Source: Alistipes sp. (lineage in GTDB: Bacteria > Bacteroidota > Bacteroidia > Bacteroidales > Rikenellaceae). Taken from it: 64,000 nucleotides of DNA. Each line of letters begins with the position of its first letter. Within the stretch, counting starts at the first letter, position 1. The DNA is taken from NCBI GenBank assembly GCA_045644925.1, contig JAZRHV010000024.1:10472-74471 (forward strand). The letters are read 5' to 3'. The notes under the pieces were generated by a model. That model saw nothing but the letters and a program-made list of their open reading frames with translations. It was not told the origin of the DNA and searched no databases. Of this stretch, positions 47,871 to 58,407 are shown piece after piece. Both the position numbers and the translations under genes were made by a program.

Positions 47871-47904
47871 AAATGGGCTGTCCGCAGTGTCGGACAGCCC
47901 ATTT
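47871..47904. terminator. bidirectional terminator
   Basis: AAATGGGCTGTCCG..CGGACAGCCCATTT between convergent genes. Confidence 0.75.
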
Positions 47905-47957
47905 CGTGTGGATATATAGAGCTGCGCAGCGATGTGCAGATATGTGTGCTGTGCGGG

Positions 47958-48530
47958 CTAATTCGTCAAGATAACCTCTTCGAGAGTTACCGTCCAGTTG
48001 AAGAGTTCATTGGCGCATTGCAGCTGCATCTGGGCAATCTGCGAGTGGTTGGTTGTGTCGGCCAAGATGGCATTGACAAACTGATCCATCGTCGAGTAGG
48101 TGTTGTCGATTTTGCTTGCCAGACAGTTGTAGAAGGCGTGCTGCTGTGCGCGGTCAAGGCCTGCGGGCAGGATGTTCTGGCTCACGAGCGAAGGGTAGGG
48201 GAAGATGTGGCGCATATTACGCGCATCGGCATCGAGTTCTTCGACGATTGTCGTAACAACATAGACCTGCACGGTGTCGTTCACGCCCGGCATCTTGACA
48301 AAAGAGGTATAGACGGGGTAGTCCTCCTCCAATGCGAGGGCTACGTCGTCAGTGAAGAGCATAAATTCGGCATCGGTCAGGTTGTTCAGATAGAGCATAC
48401 GTCGATATTGGCGCAACGCCTCACGCATCGACTGACGCTGCGAACGATTCCACTTTGCCTGCTCCGAGCAGCCTGTGATTGAGAGTAATGCGAGTGTCAC
48501 CATCGACACAGAGAGTAAAAATCTTTTCAT
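47958..48530 (-). CDS. hypothetical lipoprotein
   Basis: MKRFLL...ITGC lipobox from ATG 48530. Confidence 0.65.
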   Translation of the reverse strand: MKRFLLSVSMVTLALLSITGCSEQAKWNRSQRQSMREALRQYRRMLYLNNLTDAEFMLFTDDVALALEEDYPVYTSFVKMPGVNDTVQVYVVTTIVEELDADARNMRHIFPYPSLVSQNILPAGLDRAQQHAFYNCLASKIDNTYSTMDQFVNAILADTTNHSQIAQMQLQCANELFNWTVTLEEVILTN

Positions 48531-48666
48531 CGTAAACTTTGATTTTGGTTTTACTTCCCCGTTCAGTGCAATCCACGTGCCAAAAGTCAAGATAGTGGAT
48601 TTGTCTAATGTAATACAAAAAAAAGCCCGGACAAGCCGAGCTCCTAACAAATATTTCACGTGCATA

Positions 48667-49626
48667 TTACTCCAAGAAATCCTTGTTTACAACGACCTTG
48701 ACCGCACGGTGTAAGATGTTGAAATCGAGTGGGGTATGGCCGAGTAACTCACCATCAACTTCAACTGTTGTTTCGGGTGAAGATTCGACGCGGATGCGGC
48801 TACCTTGCAGGTGCTGAACGTGGCCAATCTCGTAAATCTTGCCGTTGAAAAGTTTTTTCAGGCGGAAGACTACGTGCCACCAATGCACGGGGCGAATAAG
48901 TGTAATATCGAATAATCCGTCATCGGCAGCCGCCAATGGGAGCTGCATAATGCCGCCACCGTTGTACTTGCAGATACCGATAGCAAAACTAAACAAGTGG
49001 CCGTTATAGACCAACTCGTCGTCGATCCAAATCTTCGTGCCGGGCGACTTGTAGCTAAAGAATGCCCGCACCAAGCAAGAGAGGTAGAGGCTCTTACCCT
49101 TGCGGCCCTTTGCCTTCTCGTGGTTGTAGAGCTTGATTGTTTGGGCATCAAGTCCACCACCTGCGACGTTCGCCACGTAGCGCGTCTGGCGGTACTTTGC
49201 CTCCTCGTACGACACCTCGCCGACATCTTGCAGAAAGGTATAACCCTCGCGAATGGCGCGGATAGCCTCCGAGTAGCGACGAGGGATGCCGAACATCCTA
49301 ATCCAGTCGTTGCCCGTGCCGACCGAAATCACGCCAAGGGTAATATCGGTCGAGGGTACATCCTTCTGGATGAAAAGTCCGTTTACGACCTCGTGCAGAG
49401 TGCCGTCGCCACCAACAACGATGATTTTGCGGTAGCCCTGCTGTATCGCGCTGACGGTCAGTGCCGTCGCGTGGTGCTTGTGCTCTGTGAATACGGGGTC
49501 GGCTGTGATATTGTTGTCGCGCAGGAGTTTCGAGATTCGAGGAAAATCCTTCAAACCAAGTCCCATTCCTGCTACGGGATTGACTATCGCAAACCAGCGT
49601 TCGCTTATGGGTGTATTATTCTCCAC
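48667..49626 (-). CDS. diacylglycerol kinase family (YegS/BmrU-like) lipid kinase
   Basis: IVNPVAG, GGDGTLHEV, GTGNDW, GGG, DGE. Confidence 0.9.
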   Translation of the reverse strand: MENNTPISERWFAIVNPVAGMGLGLKDFPRISKLLRDNNITADPVFTEHKHHATALTVSAIQQGYRKIIVVGGDGTLHEVVNGLFIQKDVPSTDITLGVISVGTGNDWIRMFGIPRRYSEAIRAIREGYTFLQDVGEVSYEEAKYRQTRYVANVAGGGLDAQTIKLYNHEKAKGRKGKSLYLSCLVRAFFSYKSPGTKIWIDDELVYNGHLFSFAIGICKYNGGGIMQLPLAAADDGLFDITLIRPVHWWHVVFRLKKLFNGKIYEIGHVQHLQGSRIRVESSPETTVEVDGELLGHTPLDFNILHRAVKVVVNKDFLE

Positions 49627-49630
49627 GATG

Positions 49631-51082
49631 CTATGCTTTTACGGGTGCGTTCTTTAATGTGTCGAGCATAAACTCATAGAATTTCGCTACCGATGCAATC
49701 TCAACCTTCTCATCAGGAGAGTGGGGGTAACAGATTGTCGGGCCGAACGATATCATATCGAGGTTGGGGTAGACACCGCCGATGATGCCACACTCCAAAC
49801 CTGCGTGGATAGCCATAACTGCCGGCTCCTTGCCATAGAGGGCGTTGTACGAAGCCTTCATAGCATGGAGAATGGGCGACTGCATATTGGGATTCCAACC
49901 ATCGTAACTTCCCGACAACTCAACAGTTGCACCAGCCAACTCAAATACTGCTTTAATAGCCTCACCGAGTGCCTCCTTCTCGCTGTTCATCGAGCTGCGG
50001 AGCAAACATTGCAGGCGGATAGTCGAGCCGTCCGATACTACGCGAGCCATATTTGTAGAGGTCTGCACCAGGCCCTCCATCGCTACCGACATACGGATAA
50101 CGCCGTCGGGAGCACCGATAACAGCCTTCGAGAGTGACTCTGCTACTGCTGACGGGATAACCTCTGCGGGCATTTCGCAACTTTCAGCAAAGATTGAGAT
50201 GCTGTCCTCAATTCCCTCGAATTCAGCGATAATCTTCTTCTCATATTCTGCAACTTCGGCTGCAAATTCAGCTGCATTTTTCACGAGCAGCACAGCCGTA
50301 GCCTCGCGCGGAATTGCATTGCGCAGACCTCCGCCATCAACCGATGCGAGCAACCATTCGAGCGACGTGTGGCGCAAGAAACGGAACAACAGACGGTTGG
50401 CATTACCGCGCTGGTAGCCAATCTGGATGCCTGAGTGTCCGCCCTTCAATCCCTTGACGGTCAGAGCTACCGCCTCGTAGCCCGCGGGAGCTGCCTCGGC
50501 AGTGTAGTCGAAGCGGATGTTCGCATCCAGGCCTCCTGCACAACCCACATAGAGTTCGCCTTCGGTCTCGGAGTCGAGGTTGAGAAGGATGTCGCCGGTG
50601 AGCAATCCTGCCTTCAAGCCGAAGGCACCATCCATACCGGTCTCTTCGGTTGCGGTAAAGAGTGCTTCAACCTGGCCGTGTTCGAGTGTATTGTCTTCAA
50701 GCACAGCGAGAATGGCCGCTGCACCGATACCATTATCAGCTCCGAGTGTAGTGCCGTTAGCCGTAACCCACTCACCGTCGATATAAGCCTCAATAGGGTC
50801 GTTCTCGAAGTCGAAAACCTTGTCGTTATTCTTCTGCGGAACCATATCGAGGTGAGCCTGCAAGATTACACCCATACGATTCTCGTAACCGGGCGTTGCC
50901 GGCTTGCGAACATATACGTTGCAAGCATCATCGACTTTGTATTCGAGATTATGAGCCTTTGCAAACTCGACAACATACTCACGAATCTTCTCTTCGTGGT
51001 GCGACGGGCGCGGAATATTGACAATCTCGCTGAAATGTTTCCACACCAACGAGGGTTTTAGTGCTTTAAGATTCTTGTCCAT
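49631..51082 (-). CDS. pepD: aminoacyl-histidine dipeptidase
   Basis: QAHLDMV, TLGADNGIG, ATEETGM, NLDSE, GGHSG, HAGLECG, HSPDE. Confidence 0.93.
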   Translation of the reverse strand: MDKNLKALKPSLVWKHFSEIVNIPRPSHHEEKIREYVVEFAKAHNLEYKVDDACNVYVRKPATPGYENRMGVILQAHLDMVPQKNNDKVFDFENDPIEAYIDGEWVTANGTTLGADNGIGAAAILAVLEDNTLEHGQVEALFTATEETGMDGAFGLKAGLLTGDILLNLDSETEGELYVGCAGGLDANIRFDYTAEAAPAGYEAVALTVKGLKGGHSGIQIGYQRGNANRLLFRFLRHTSLEWLLASVDGGGLRNAIPREATAVLLVKNAAEFAAEVAEYEKKIIAEFEGIEDSISIFAESCEMPAEVIPSAVAESLSKAVIGAPDGVIRMSVAMEGLVQTSTNMARVVSDGSTIRLQCLLRSSMNSEKEALGEAIKAVFELAGATVELSGSYDGWNPNMQSPILHAMKASYNALYGKEPAVMAIHAGLECGIIGGVYPNLDMISFGPTICYPHSPDEKVEIASVAKFYEFMLDTLKNAPVKA

Positions 51083-51096
51083 AGTGTTCAATTTTA

Positions 51097-52116
51097 TTAG
51101 TTGTTATTTTCTTGATTATCATTATTCTCAGATGCGTTATCTCGTGCTTTGCTTCGCTCAGCACCGTCGCGGTCAAAGGCCTCGACAATATGCTTTACGA
51201 GATCGTGGCGAACGATGTCGCGCTTGTCAAATTCGACAAAACCAATCCCCTTGATACCCTTAACGATATTCATCGCCCGCATCAGTCCGCTATCGCTTCG
51301 GCGCGGAAGGTCTATCTGGGTCATATCGCCCGTAACGACAAATCGCGCATTGCGACCCATACGGGTCAGGAACATCTTAATCTGCGAAAGGGTAGTGTTT
51401 TGTGCCTCGTCCAAAATTACGAAGGCGTTATCGAGTGTACGACCGCGCATATAGGCCAGAGGTGCAATCTGTACGGTGCCATCCTCCATAAATTTCTGCA
51501 ACTTTGCGGGAGGAATCATATCGTTCAGTGCATCGTATAGAGGCTGCAAATAGGGGTCGAGTTTGTCTTTGAGGTCGCCGGGGAGAAATCCGAGCTTTTC
51601 ACCTGCCTCGACTGCGGGACGGGTCAGGATTACTCGCTTGACGTGCTTGTCACGCAGAGCTCTGACGGCTAAGGCGATAGCTGTATAGGTCTTACCCGAA
51701 CCCGCGGGACCGACGGCAAATATCAGGTCGTTTGTGCGGTAGAGCTCAACAAGCTTCTGCTGATTGACCGTACGTGCTCGGATTATGTTACCGTTATTGC
51801 CATAGACGATTACATCTTTAAGGTCGGGCGCAGCATCCTCACTTTGTTGTGAGATACCTTTTGCAAATGATTGAGCGACAACCTCTTTTGATATGTGACC
51901 ATAGCGGTTATAGTAGGCTATAAGCCCCTGCATTTTACGCTCGAAATCCTCGATGTCGCTCTTTGAGCCGAAGGCTTTGAGCGTCGATCCGCGAGCGATG
52001 ATTTTCAACTTCGGATGCAGTGCTTTAATCTGCTCGATGTAGACGTCGTTTGCTCCGTAGAGTTCGCGTGTATCGACACCGTCGATAAATATCTCTTTGT
52101 TTGTTGTTTCGGTCAT
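51097..52116 (-). CDS. phoH: PhoH family ATPase
   Basis: GPAGSGKT, RPAVEAGEKLGFLPG, YMRGRT, DEAQN. Confidence 0.93.
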   Translation of the reverse strand: MTETTNKEIFIDGVDTRELYGANDVYIEQIKALHPKLKIIARGSTLKAFGSKSDIEDFERKMQGLIAYYNRYGHISKEVVAQSFAKGISQQSEDAAPDLKDVIVYGNNGNIIRARTVNQQKLVELYRTNDLIFAVGPAGSGKTYTAIALAVRALRDKHVKRVILTRPAVEAGEKLGFLPGDLKDKLDPYLQPLYDALNDMIPPAKLQKFMEDGTVQIAPLAYMRGRTLDNAFVILDEAQNTTLSQIKMFLTRMGRNARFVVTGDMTQIDLPRRSDSGLMRAMNIVKGIKGIGFVEFDKRDIVRHDLVKHIVEAFDRDGAERSKARDNASENNDNQENNN

Positions 52117-52119
52117 ATA

Positions 52120-52761
52120 TTAAAACAAAAATCCAATTTTTAGTGAAATAGATGTAAGCTTCGAGTTAAATTCTGCACCCTCGAAGTTGTTGAGCGAGGG
52201 GGTGAAATAACCCATATATCGGGCATCTATCATATAGCGTCGCAGTAGCACTACGGCAACACCTGCGCTGTAACCGAAGGTGGGTCTGACACCTCCGAAC
52301 ATTACTCGCTCCTCCGCAGTATTGGGGTAGAAGTAGTTGTTCATTACCGTAAATACCGGTCCGGCATTGATTCTCACGATATTGGCAAAGCGCAACGAGA
52401 GTAGCACGGGGATATCGACCGAATGGCCCTTGACTTTGACATCCTTCTTTGCTCCCTGCACTCCGATTTTAAGAGTTTGGTTTTGGTAGTTTACCTCTGG
52501 CTGAATGGCGAAGAAACGGCCTATTTTCAGAGCAGTATGCAGACCTGCACCGACACTCAGGGGTGATTTGACTGTTGTGCCGCTCGGAGCCTTGTCGATA
52601 TTAATCGTGTTGTAATACGCCGCAGCAGTAAGGCCCCACTCGAATCGTATATTCGGCTTTTTTTTGCCTTTCTGATTGGTCGTATCGTCGCCAATATTCG
52701 CTGCGGACAGTGGTGCTGTCGCAGTCAATATGCCGATTAAAAGTATCAAAAATCTCTTCAT
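52120..52761 (-). CDS. outer-membrane beta-barrel (porin family) protein
   Basis: Signal peptide, IQPEVNY, DIPVLL, C-terminal Phe. Confidence 0.75.
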   Translation of the reverse strand: MKRFLILLIGILTATAPLSAANIGDDTTNQKGKKKPNIRFEWGLTAAAYYNTINIDKAPSGTTVKSPLSVGAGLHTALKIGRFFAIQPEVNYQNQTLKIGVQGAKKDVKVKGHSVDIPVLLSLRFANIVRINAGPVFTVMNNYFYPNTAEERVMFGGVRPTFGYSAGVAVVLLRRYMIDARYMGYFTPSLNNFEGAEFNSKLTSISLKIGFLF

Positions 52762-52929
52762 AACTCACTTTGAATCTTCAAATATACTCCTTTTCGCTGA
52801 AATATCACATATTTTCCGCTTTTTATTTGTCAAAAAATAGAGTATCTTTGCACCGTTGTTTAACAAAGTGCTTCGATCTTCGTTTGAAAGAACGACGTTT
52901 CGTGGCAGAATATTTCACTTGTAAAAGTT

Positions 52930-54234
52930 ATGAGTTTAGTTGCGATTGTGGGTCGCCCGAATGTCGGCAAAAGTACCCTCTTTAATCGTTTGGTAGGTCA
53001 GCGTCAGGCTATTGTCGATGCAACAGCAGGTACGACACGTGACCGCCACTATGGTAAGACCGATTGGAATGGCCGCGAGTTCTCGGTGATTGACACCGGA
53101 GGTTATACGGTCAATAGCGAAGATATCTTCGAGGACGACATTCGTCGCCAGGTGATGCTCGCCATCGACGAGGCAGATGTGATTCTCTTTCTTGTCGAGG
53201 TAAATACGGGCGTGACAGACCTTGATATGATGATGGCGGATATCTTGCGTCGCACCGAGAAGAAGGTGTTGCTTGTCTGCAATAAGGTTGATAACTACGA
53301 CCTTATCTATTCGTCGCACGAGTTCTATTCGCTTGGTCTTGGCGATCCGTATTGTATCAGCTCGATGTCGGGTAGCGGTACCGGAGATTTGATGGACGAG
53401 ATTTTGCGCCTTCTGCCCGAAGATTGCGAGGCAGAGTATGCCGAGGAGTTGCCACGTATCACTATCGTAGGCCGTCCGAATGTGGGTAAATCGTCGCTTA
53501 CGAATGCCTTGCTTGGCGAGGAGCGTAATATCGTAACTTCGATTGCAGGCACCACTCGCGACTCGATTCATACCCGCTACAATAAGTATGGAATGGACTT
53601 CTATCTGGTCGATACCGCAGGTATGCGCAAGAAGGGTAAGGTAACCGAGGATTTGGAGTTCTATTCGGTTATGCGTTCGATTCGTGCTATCGAGAATTCG
53701 GATGTGTGTATCTTGATGTTGGATGCATCGCAGGGTATTGAGCAACAAGACCTTAATATCCATAATCTTATCGTCCGCAACCGCAAGGGGTGTGTTATCG
53801 TTGTAAATAAGTGGGACTTGATTGAGAAGGATAGCAACACGATGAAGGAGTGGAAGGAGTTTCTCGAAAAGAAGCTTGCTCCGTTCAGCGATATTCCGCT
53901 GATCTTTACCTCGGTTATCAATAAGCAGCGTATTCTCGATGTTTTGCAGACGGCTATTCGTGTCTTCGAGTCGCGTCGTCGTCGTATTCCGACCTCGGAG
54001 CTTAACGACTTTATCCTCCCGATTATCGAGGAGACTCCGCCACCCTCGACTAAGGGTAAGTACATCCGCATCAAGTATGCTACGCAGTTGCCCACTCCGA
54101 CTCCGCAGTTTGCATTCTTTGTCAATCTGCCGCAGTATATCCGTGAGCCGTATCGTCGATTCCTCGAAAATAAGATGCGCGAAAATTGGGATTTTTCGGG
54201 CGTTCCGATGCAGATTTACTTCCGACAGAAATAA
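52930..54234 (+). CDS. der: ribosome biogenesis GTPase Der (EngA)
   Basis: Two GRPNVGKS G-domains, DTGG/DTAG, KH-like tail; terminator at 54254-54280. Confidence 0.97.
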   Translation: MSLVAIVGRPNVGKSTLFNRLVGQRQAIVDATAGTTRDRHYGKTDWNGREFSVIDTGGYTVNSEDIFEDDIRRQVMLAIDEADVILFLVEVNTGVTDLDMMMADILRRTEKKVLLVCNKVDNYDLIYSSHEFYSLGLGDPYCISSMSGSGTGDLMDEILRLLPEDCEAEYAEELPRITIVGRPNVGKSSLTNALLGEERNIVTSIAGTTRDSIHTRYNKYGMDFYLVDTAGMRKKGKVTEDLEFYSVMRSIRAIENSDVCILMLDASQGIEQQDLNIHNLIVRNRKGCVIVVNKWDLIEKDSNTMKEWKEFLEKKLAPFSDIPLIFTSVINKQRILDVLQTAIRVFESRRRRIPTSELNDFILPIIEETPPPSTKGKYIRIKYATQLPTPTPQFAFFVNLPQYIREPYRRFLENKMRENWDFSGVPMQIYFRQK

Positions 54235-54338
54235 TAAAAACTCAGTTTTTGATAAAAAGGCCGCTTACGCGGTCTTTTTTATTTGTGAATTGTGAATTAT
54301 TTTGTAATTTTGAGGATTGAATATACTTGTCGAAAAAT

Positions 54339-55736
54339 ATGAATCTATCCGAGATACAAAACCGACTGCAACAAGTGTTGCAACTCGTCGAAGATTGGCA
54401 CGAAAAGGGTGTCAATGAATTGGAGCGCGACCTTGCGCTCGGAATATTGCGCGAAATCTATGCAGATATGCGATTTAACGCAACTCCGCAGCCCGAAACA
54501 ATAGATGCCGAGGAGCCACAGAGCGTAGCTGCGCCTATGGTAGACAATGCCCCCTCTGTTGCGAAGGAGAATACGTCAGAGCAGTTTGAGGATGCGCTGC
54601 CCATAGGTGTTGCGATATCGCTCGATGATGTCTTTGAGAGCTTTATTCACGACGAGCTGATTCCCGTAAAGGAGGAGCTTACTTCGCAGGATAGCGAGGC
54701 TACGGCCGAGTTAGGTGATGTGTCAATGCCAGAGCCGGCAGTAGAAGAACTCCCCGTTGAGCCGGAGAGTACGCCCGTTGCGGAGGTTGTGTCGGAGGAG
54801 CCCGAAATGATTGAGCCTGCGCCTGTCGTTGAACCGCAGCCCGAAGTCGAGGAGGACAAACCCGAAACAGAGCCAGAACCGGAGAGTGAGCCCGAAAAGG
54901 AGGCTGATGCAGCTGCTGAAATAGCGGTTGAAACAGAGGTGGCTCCTGCTGTCGAAGTCGAACCCGAAGTGCAGCAGCCAACCGTAAACGAGTTCGCGAT
55001 GGGACAGCCTTCACTCTTTGGTGACGAGGTAATCACGCCTCGCAAGTCGCGTAGAACGAGGATGATGTCGCTCTATGACGACGAGCCGGAGATGACGGTG
55101 ACGATTTTTAAGAAACAGGAAGTTGCGGTTGAGCAGCCTATGCAGCCCGAAACACCTGCTCCCGTAGTCGAGGAACCGATTGTTGTGGCAGTCGAGCCCG
55201 AATTTGAATCGGAGGAGTTCGTCGAGGTGGATGTGGCTACTGCTCCCGTAGTAGAGATGCCCACCGAGCCGGAAGCTGATACACCTGCAATGCCGGCCGT
55301 AGAGGAACCTGCGAATATCGAGGATTGTTTGCCTGCCGAAAACGAAACTCCCTATATCGAGCCTCAAATTGAGGTTGCAATAACAAAAGCTGCAACGAGC
55401 GTCGTGCCCGAATCGGACCAGGTACTTGGAGAGGTAATCAAGAGCGATGTGCGAACTATTGCAGACACAATAACTCCGAAGAGCAAGACCGTTGAGCAGA
55501 TGGCCAAGGGTGCGATAAGCGATATCGGCAAGGCAGTCGGCATTAACGATCGCTTCCTGCTGATTCGCGACCTGTTTGGTGGTAGCAGTGAGATGTACGA
55601 GCAGGTTGTCGCTCGCCTGAATAGCTTTGACAACTTGGAGGATTGTATGATTTACATCGTCGAAAACTTTGATTGGAATCCCAATTCGGATGGCGCAAAG
55701 CTGATGATGGAACTTATCGAACGTAAATACAGCTAA
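54339..55736 (+). CDS. hypothetical protein: N-terminal helical domain, long Glu/Pro-rich linker, conserved-looking C-terminal domain
   Basis: 469-aa ORF with host-like codon use; C-terminal GINDRFLLIRDLF.G motif. Confidence 0.7.
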   Translation: MNLSEIQNRLQQVLQLVEDWHEKGVNELERDLALGILREIYADMRFNATPQPETIDAEEPQSVAAPMVDNAPSVAKENTSEQFEDALPIGVAISLDDVFESFIHDELIPVKEELTSQDSEATAELGDVSMPEPAVEELPVEPESTPVAEVVSEEPEMIEPAPVVEPQPEVEEDKPETEPEPESEPEKEADAAAEIAVETEVAPAVEVEPEVQQPTVNEFAMGQPSLFGDEVITPRKSRRTRMMSLYDDEPEMTVTIFKKQEVAVEQPMQPETPAPVVEEPIVVAVEPEFESEEFVEVDVATAPVVEMPTEPEADTPAMPAVEEPANIEDCLPAENETPYIEPQIEVAITKAATSVVPESDQVLGEVIKSDVRTIADTITPKSKTVEQMAKGAISDIGKAVGINDRFLLIRDLFGGSSEMYEQVVARLNSFDNLEDCMIYIVENFDWNPNSDGAKLMMELIERKYS

Positions 55737-55737
55737 T

Positions 55738-56439
55738 ATGTCGAAGTTATACGTAGTGCCCACCCCGATAGGAAATCTCGGTGATATAACTCTTCGTGCA
55801 GTCGAGGTGCTGCGCGAGGTTGATTTTATTCTTGCCGAGGATACTCGCACGACATCGTTCCTGCTCAAACATCTCGGTATCGAGAAGAAGATGTATTCGC
55901 ACCATAAGTTCAACGAACACGCAACGGTGCGTATGGTTGCCGAGTCTATCGAGGCAGGCAAGACTGTGGCATTGGTATCGGATGCGGGAACGCCCGGAAT
56001 CTCGGACCCCGGATTTCTGCTTGTGAGAACTTGTGTCGAGGTAGGTATCGCAGTGGAAACGCTGCCCGGAGCAACGGCCTGCATCCCTGCGTTGGTGCAG
56101 AGCGGATTTCCGTGTGACAGATTCTGCTTCGAGGGATTCTTGCCGCAGAAGAAGGGTCGCAATAAGCGTTTGCAGGAGTTGGCTGATGAGGAGCGTACAA
56201 TGATATTTTACGAATCGCCATTCCGCGTAGTGAAGTGTTTGGAGCAGTTTGCCGAGGTCTTCGGCGATGAGCGTGAAGTGTCGGTTACTCGTGAAATATC
56301 CAAAAAGTTCGAGCAGACGGTGCGCGGTACGGTAGCCGAGGTTGCCGAGCATTTCCGCCACAACGAGCCGAAGGGAGAGTTTGTAATAGTCCTTGCGGGA
56401 CGTCCTAAACCTAACAAGAAGAGAGATGAGATTGAATAA
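55738..56439 (+). CDS. rsmI: 16S rRNA C1402 2'-O-methyltransferase
   Basis: VPTPIGNL.DIT.RA, EDTR, SDAGTPGISDPG, YESP.R, REISK. Confidence 0.94.
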   Translation: MSKLYVVPTPIGNLGDITLRAVEVLREVDFILAEDTRTTSFLLKHLGIEKKMYSHHKFNEHATVRMVAESIEAGKTVALVSDAGTPGISDPGFLLVRTCVEVGIAVETLPGATACIPALVQSGFPCDRFCFEGFLPQKKGRNKRLQELADEERTMIFYESPFRVVKCLEQFAEVFGDEREVSVTREISKKFEQTVRGTVAEVAEHFRHNEPKGEFVIVLAGRPKPNKKRDEIE

Positions 56440-57382
56440 CGATAATGCAAAACTAAACTTCTGGCAGAAGGTAGGGTTGGAGTTGCTGTGGGCTTTGTGT
56501 AGATTTATTGCAATTCTGCCGTACTTTGTGCAGCACTACATCATTCAGGAATTTGTCTATTTCGTGGTATATCACTGTGTTCGTTATCGTCGCAAACTTG
56601 TGACAAAGAATTTGCGCGGCTCATTTCCCGAAAAGAGCGAGAAGGAGATTGCTGTGATTCGACGCAAGTTCTATCGCAACCTCGCGGAGGTAATGGTCGA
56701 TACGGTTGTTATGGCCCGTATGAGCGAGAAGGAGTGCCGCGAGCGTATGGTCTTTGCCAATAACGAAGAGGTTGTTAATTTTGTCGGTGACCGCAATTTT
56801 ATTGCAATGACCTCGCATATGGGTTGTTGGGAGTATCTGGGATTTTGGGGTATGTGGCTGCCCAATCACATTTTGGTTGCGGTATATCATAAGCTCCATA
56901 ACGAGGTCTTCAACGAACTCTATAAGCGTCTGCGCGACCACGAGAGCGAACTTCCGGTTGCATCGTACGATTCGTTGCGATTCTTTATCCGCAACAACAA
57001 GGGCTATGAGGGTAAGCGTCTTGCTCTTGGCTTGATTTCGGACCAGAATCCGCCCCGTCTGCCCGACAGCCATTGGTACCGATTCCTCAATCGCGACACA
57101 CTCTTCTTTGAGGGTAGTGAGCAGTTGGCCGTGAAGTTTGGAATACCGATTTTCTATATCCGCCAGCGCAAGGTGCGTCGTGGTTACTACGAGGCTCAAA
57201 TGGAGCTGGTGTACGATGGTATAGAGGAGGTTTCTCAATACGAAATTACCGAGCGATATGTACGTCTGCTCGAACGAGATATTCAGGAGTGCCCCGAAAT
57301 GTGGGTGTGGTCGCATCGTCGATGGAAGCATACACCTGAGGGTAAGTATCGCCCGATAATGCGTCCTAATCGAAAGTTGTAG
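56426..57382 (+). CDS. lipid A lauroyl-type (LpxL/HtrB family) acyltransferase
   Basis: H.GCWE, SDQNP, RFL..DT.F, W.WSHRRWK. Confidence 0.85.
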   Translation: MRLNNDNAKLNFWQKVGLELLWALCRFIAILPYFVQHYIIQEFVYFVVYHCVRYRRKLVTKNLRGSFPEKSEKEIAVIRRKFYRNLAEVMVDTVVMARMSEKECRERMVFANNEEVVNFVGDRNFIAMTSHMGCWEYLGFWGMWLPNHILVAVYHKLHNEVFNELYKRLRDHESELPVASYDSLRFFIRNNKGYEGKRLALGLISDQNPPRLPDSHWYRFLNRDTLFFEGSEQLAVKFGIPIFYIRQRKVRRGYYEAQMELVYDGIEEVSQYEITERYVRLLERDIQECPEMWVWSHRRWKHTPEGKYRPIMRPNRKL

Positions 57383-57385
57383 ATT

Positions 57386-58402
57386 ATGCACCGAACAGCT
57401 GTTGTCATACTTAATTGGAATGGAGCGAAACATCTGCGCAGATTCCTGCCGAGCGTGATCGAGAATACGCCCGCAGAGGTGCGCATCATCGTTGCAGACA
57501 ATGGCTCGACAGATGATTCGGTGGAGATTCTTGCGGGGGAGTTTCCGAGTGTCGAAGTAATCCGCTTGGACTGTAATTACGGCTTTGCCGAGGGCTATAA
57601 TCGTGTTTTGGAGCAGATCGATGCCGAGTATTGCGTATTGCTCAACTCGGATGTCGAGACCCCCGAAGGGTGGTTAGAACCGCTTGTCGCACGACTTGAT
57701 GCCGACGAGAGTGTGGCCGCAGTTGCTCCAAAGTTGCTATGGAGCGAGGATCACAAACAGTTCGAATATGCAGGAGCATCGGGCGGATTTATCGACTTTT
57801 TGGGCTATCCATTCTGTCGAGGCCGCATAATGAAGTGCGTGGAACAGGATTGTGGTCAGTATGATGATGCACGTGAGGTTTTCTGGGCAAGTGGAGCAGC
57901 ATTTTGTTGTCGCCTCGAAGTCTTTAAGGCATTGGGCGGATTCGCCTCGGAGTTCTTTGCTCATATGGAGGAGATAGACCTCTGCTGGCGTATGCAGTTA
58001 GCCGGATATCGTATTGAGATTGAACCGCACAGTAGGGTATTCCACTATGGAGGTGCGACCTTGGCCGTGGATTCGCCAAATAAGATTTTTTTGAATCATC
58101 GCAATAATTTGGCGATGCTCTATCGTTGTGCGACACCGTGGCAGAGATGCGTGGTTGCTGTCGTAAGGCCTCTGCTCGATGCATTGGCTGCATTGAGTTA
58201 TGCAGTGAAGGGTAATTTGCGCGGTGCGTGGGCGGTAGCGAGAGCCTATGGCGACTTTTTGCGTTGGCATAAGCAGCTCTCCGCAGAGCGCAAGCAGGTT
58301 CGCTCGACGGCAAAACTAACAACGCTGCCTACGACAATTTATCGTGGGTCGATTGTGCTGCGATATGCTTTCGGTAAGCGGAAATTCGAAAAAATGATGT
58401 AG
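57386..58402 (+). CDS. glycosyltransferase family 2
   Basis: VILNWNG, DNGSTD, NYGFAEGYN, LLNSDVE, EEIDLCWR. Confidence 0.9.
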   Translation: MHRTAVVILNWNGAKHLRRFLPSVIENTPAEVRIIVADNGSTDDSVEILAGEFPSVEVIRLDCNYGFAEGYNRVLEQIDAEYCVLLNSDVETPEGWLEPLVARLDADESVAAVAPKLLWSEDHKQFEYAGASGGFIDFLGYPFCRGRIMKCVEQDCGQYDDAREVFWASGAAFCCRLEVFKALGGFASEFFAHMEEIDLCWRMQLAGYRIEIEPHSRVFHYGGATLAVDSPNKIFLNHRNNLAMLYRCATPWQRCVVAVVRPLLDALAALSYAVKGNLRGAWAVARAYGDFLRWHKQLSAERKQVRSTAKLTTLPTTIYRGSIVLRYAFGKRKFEKMM

Positions 58403-58407
58403 AAGAT

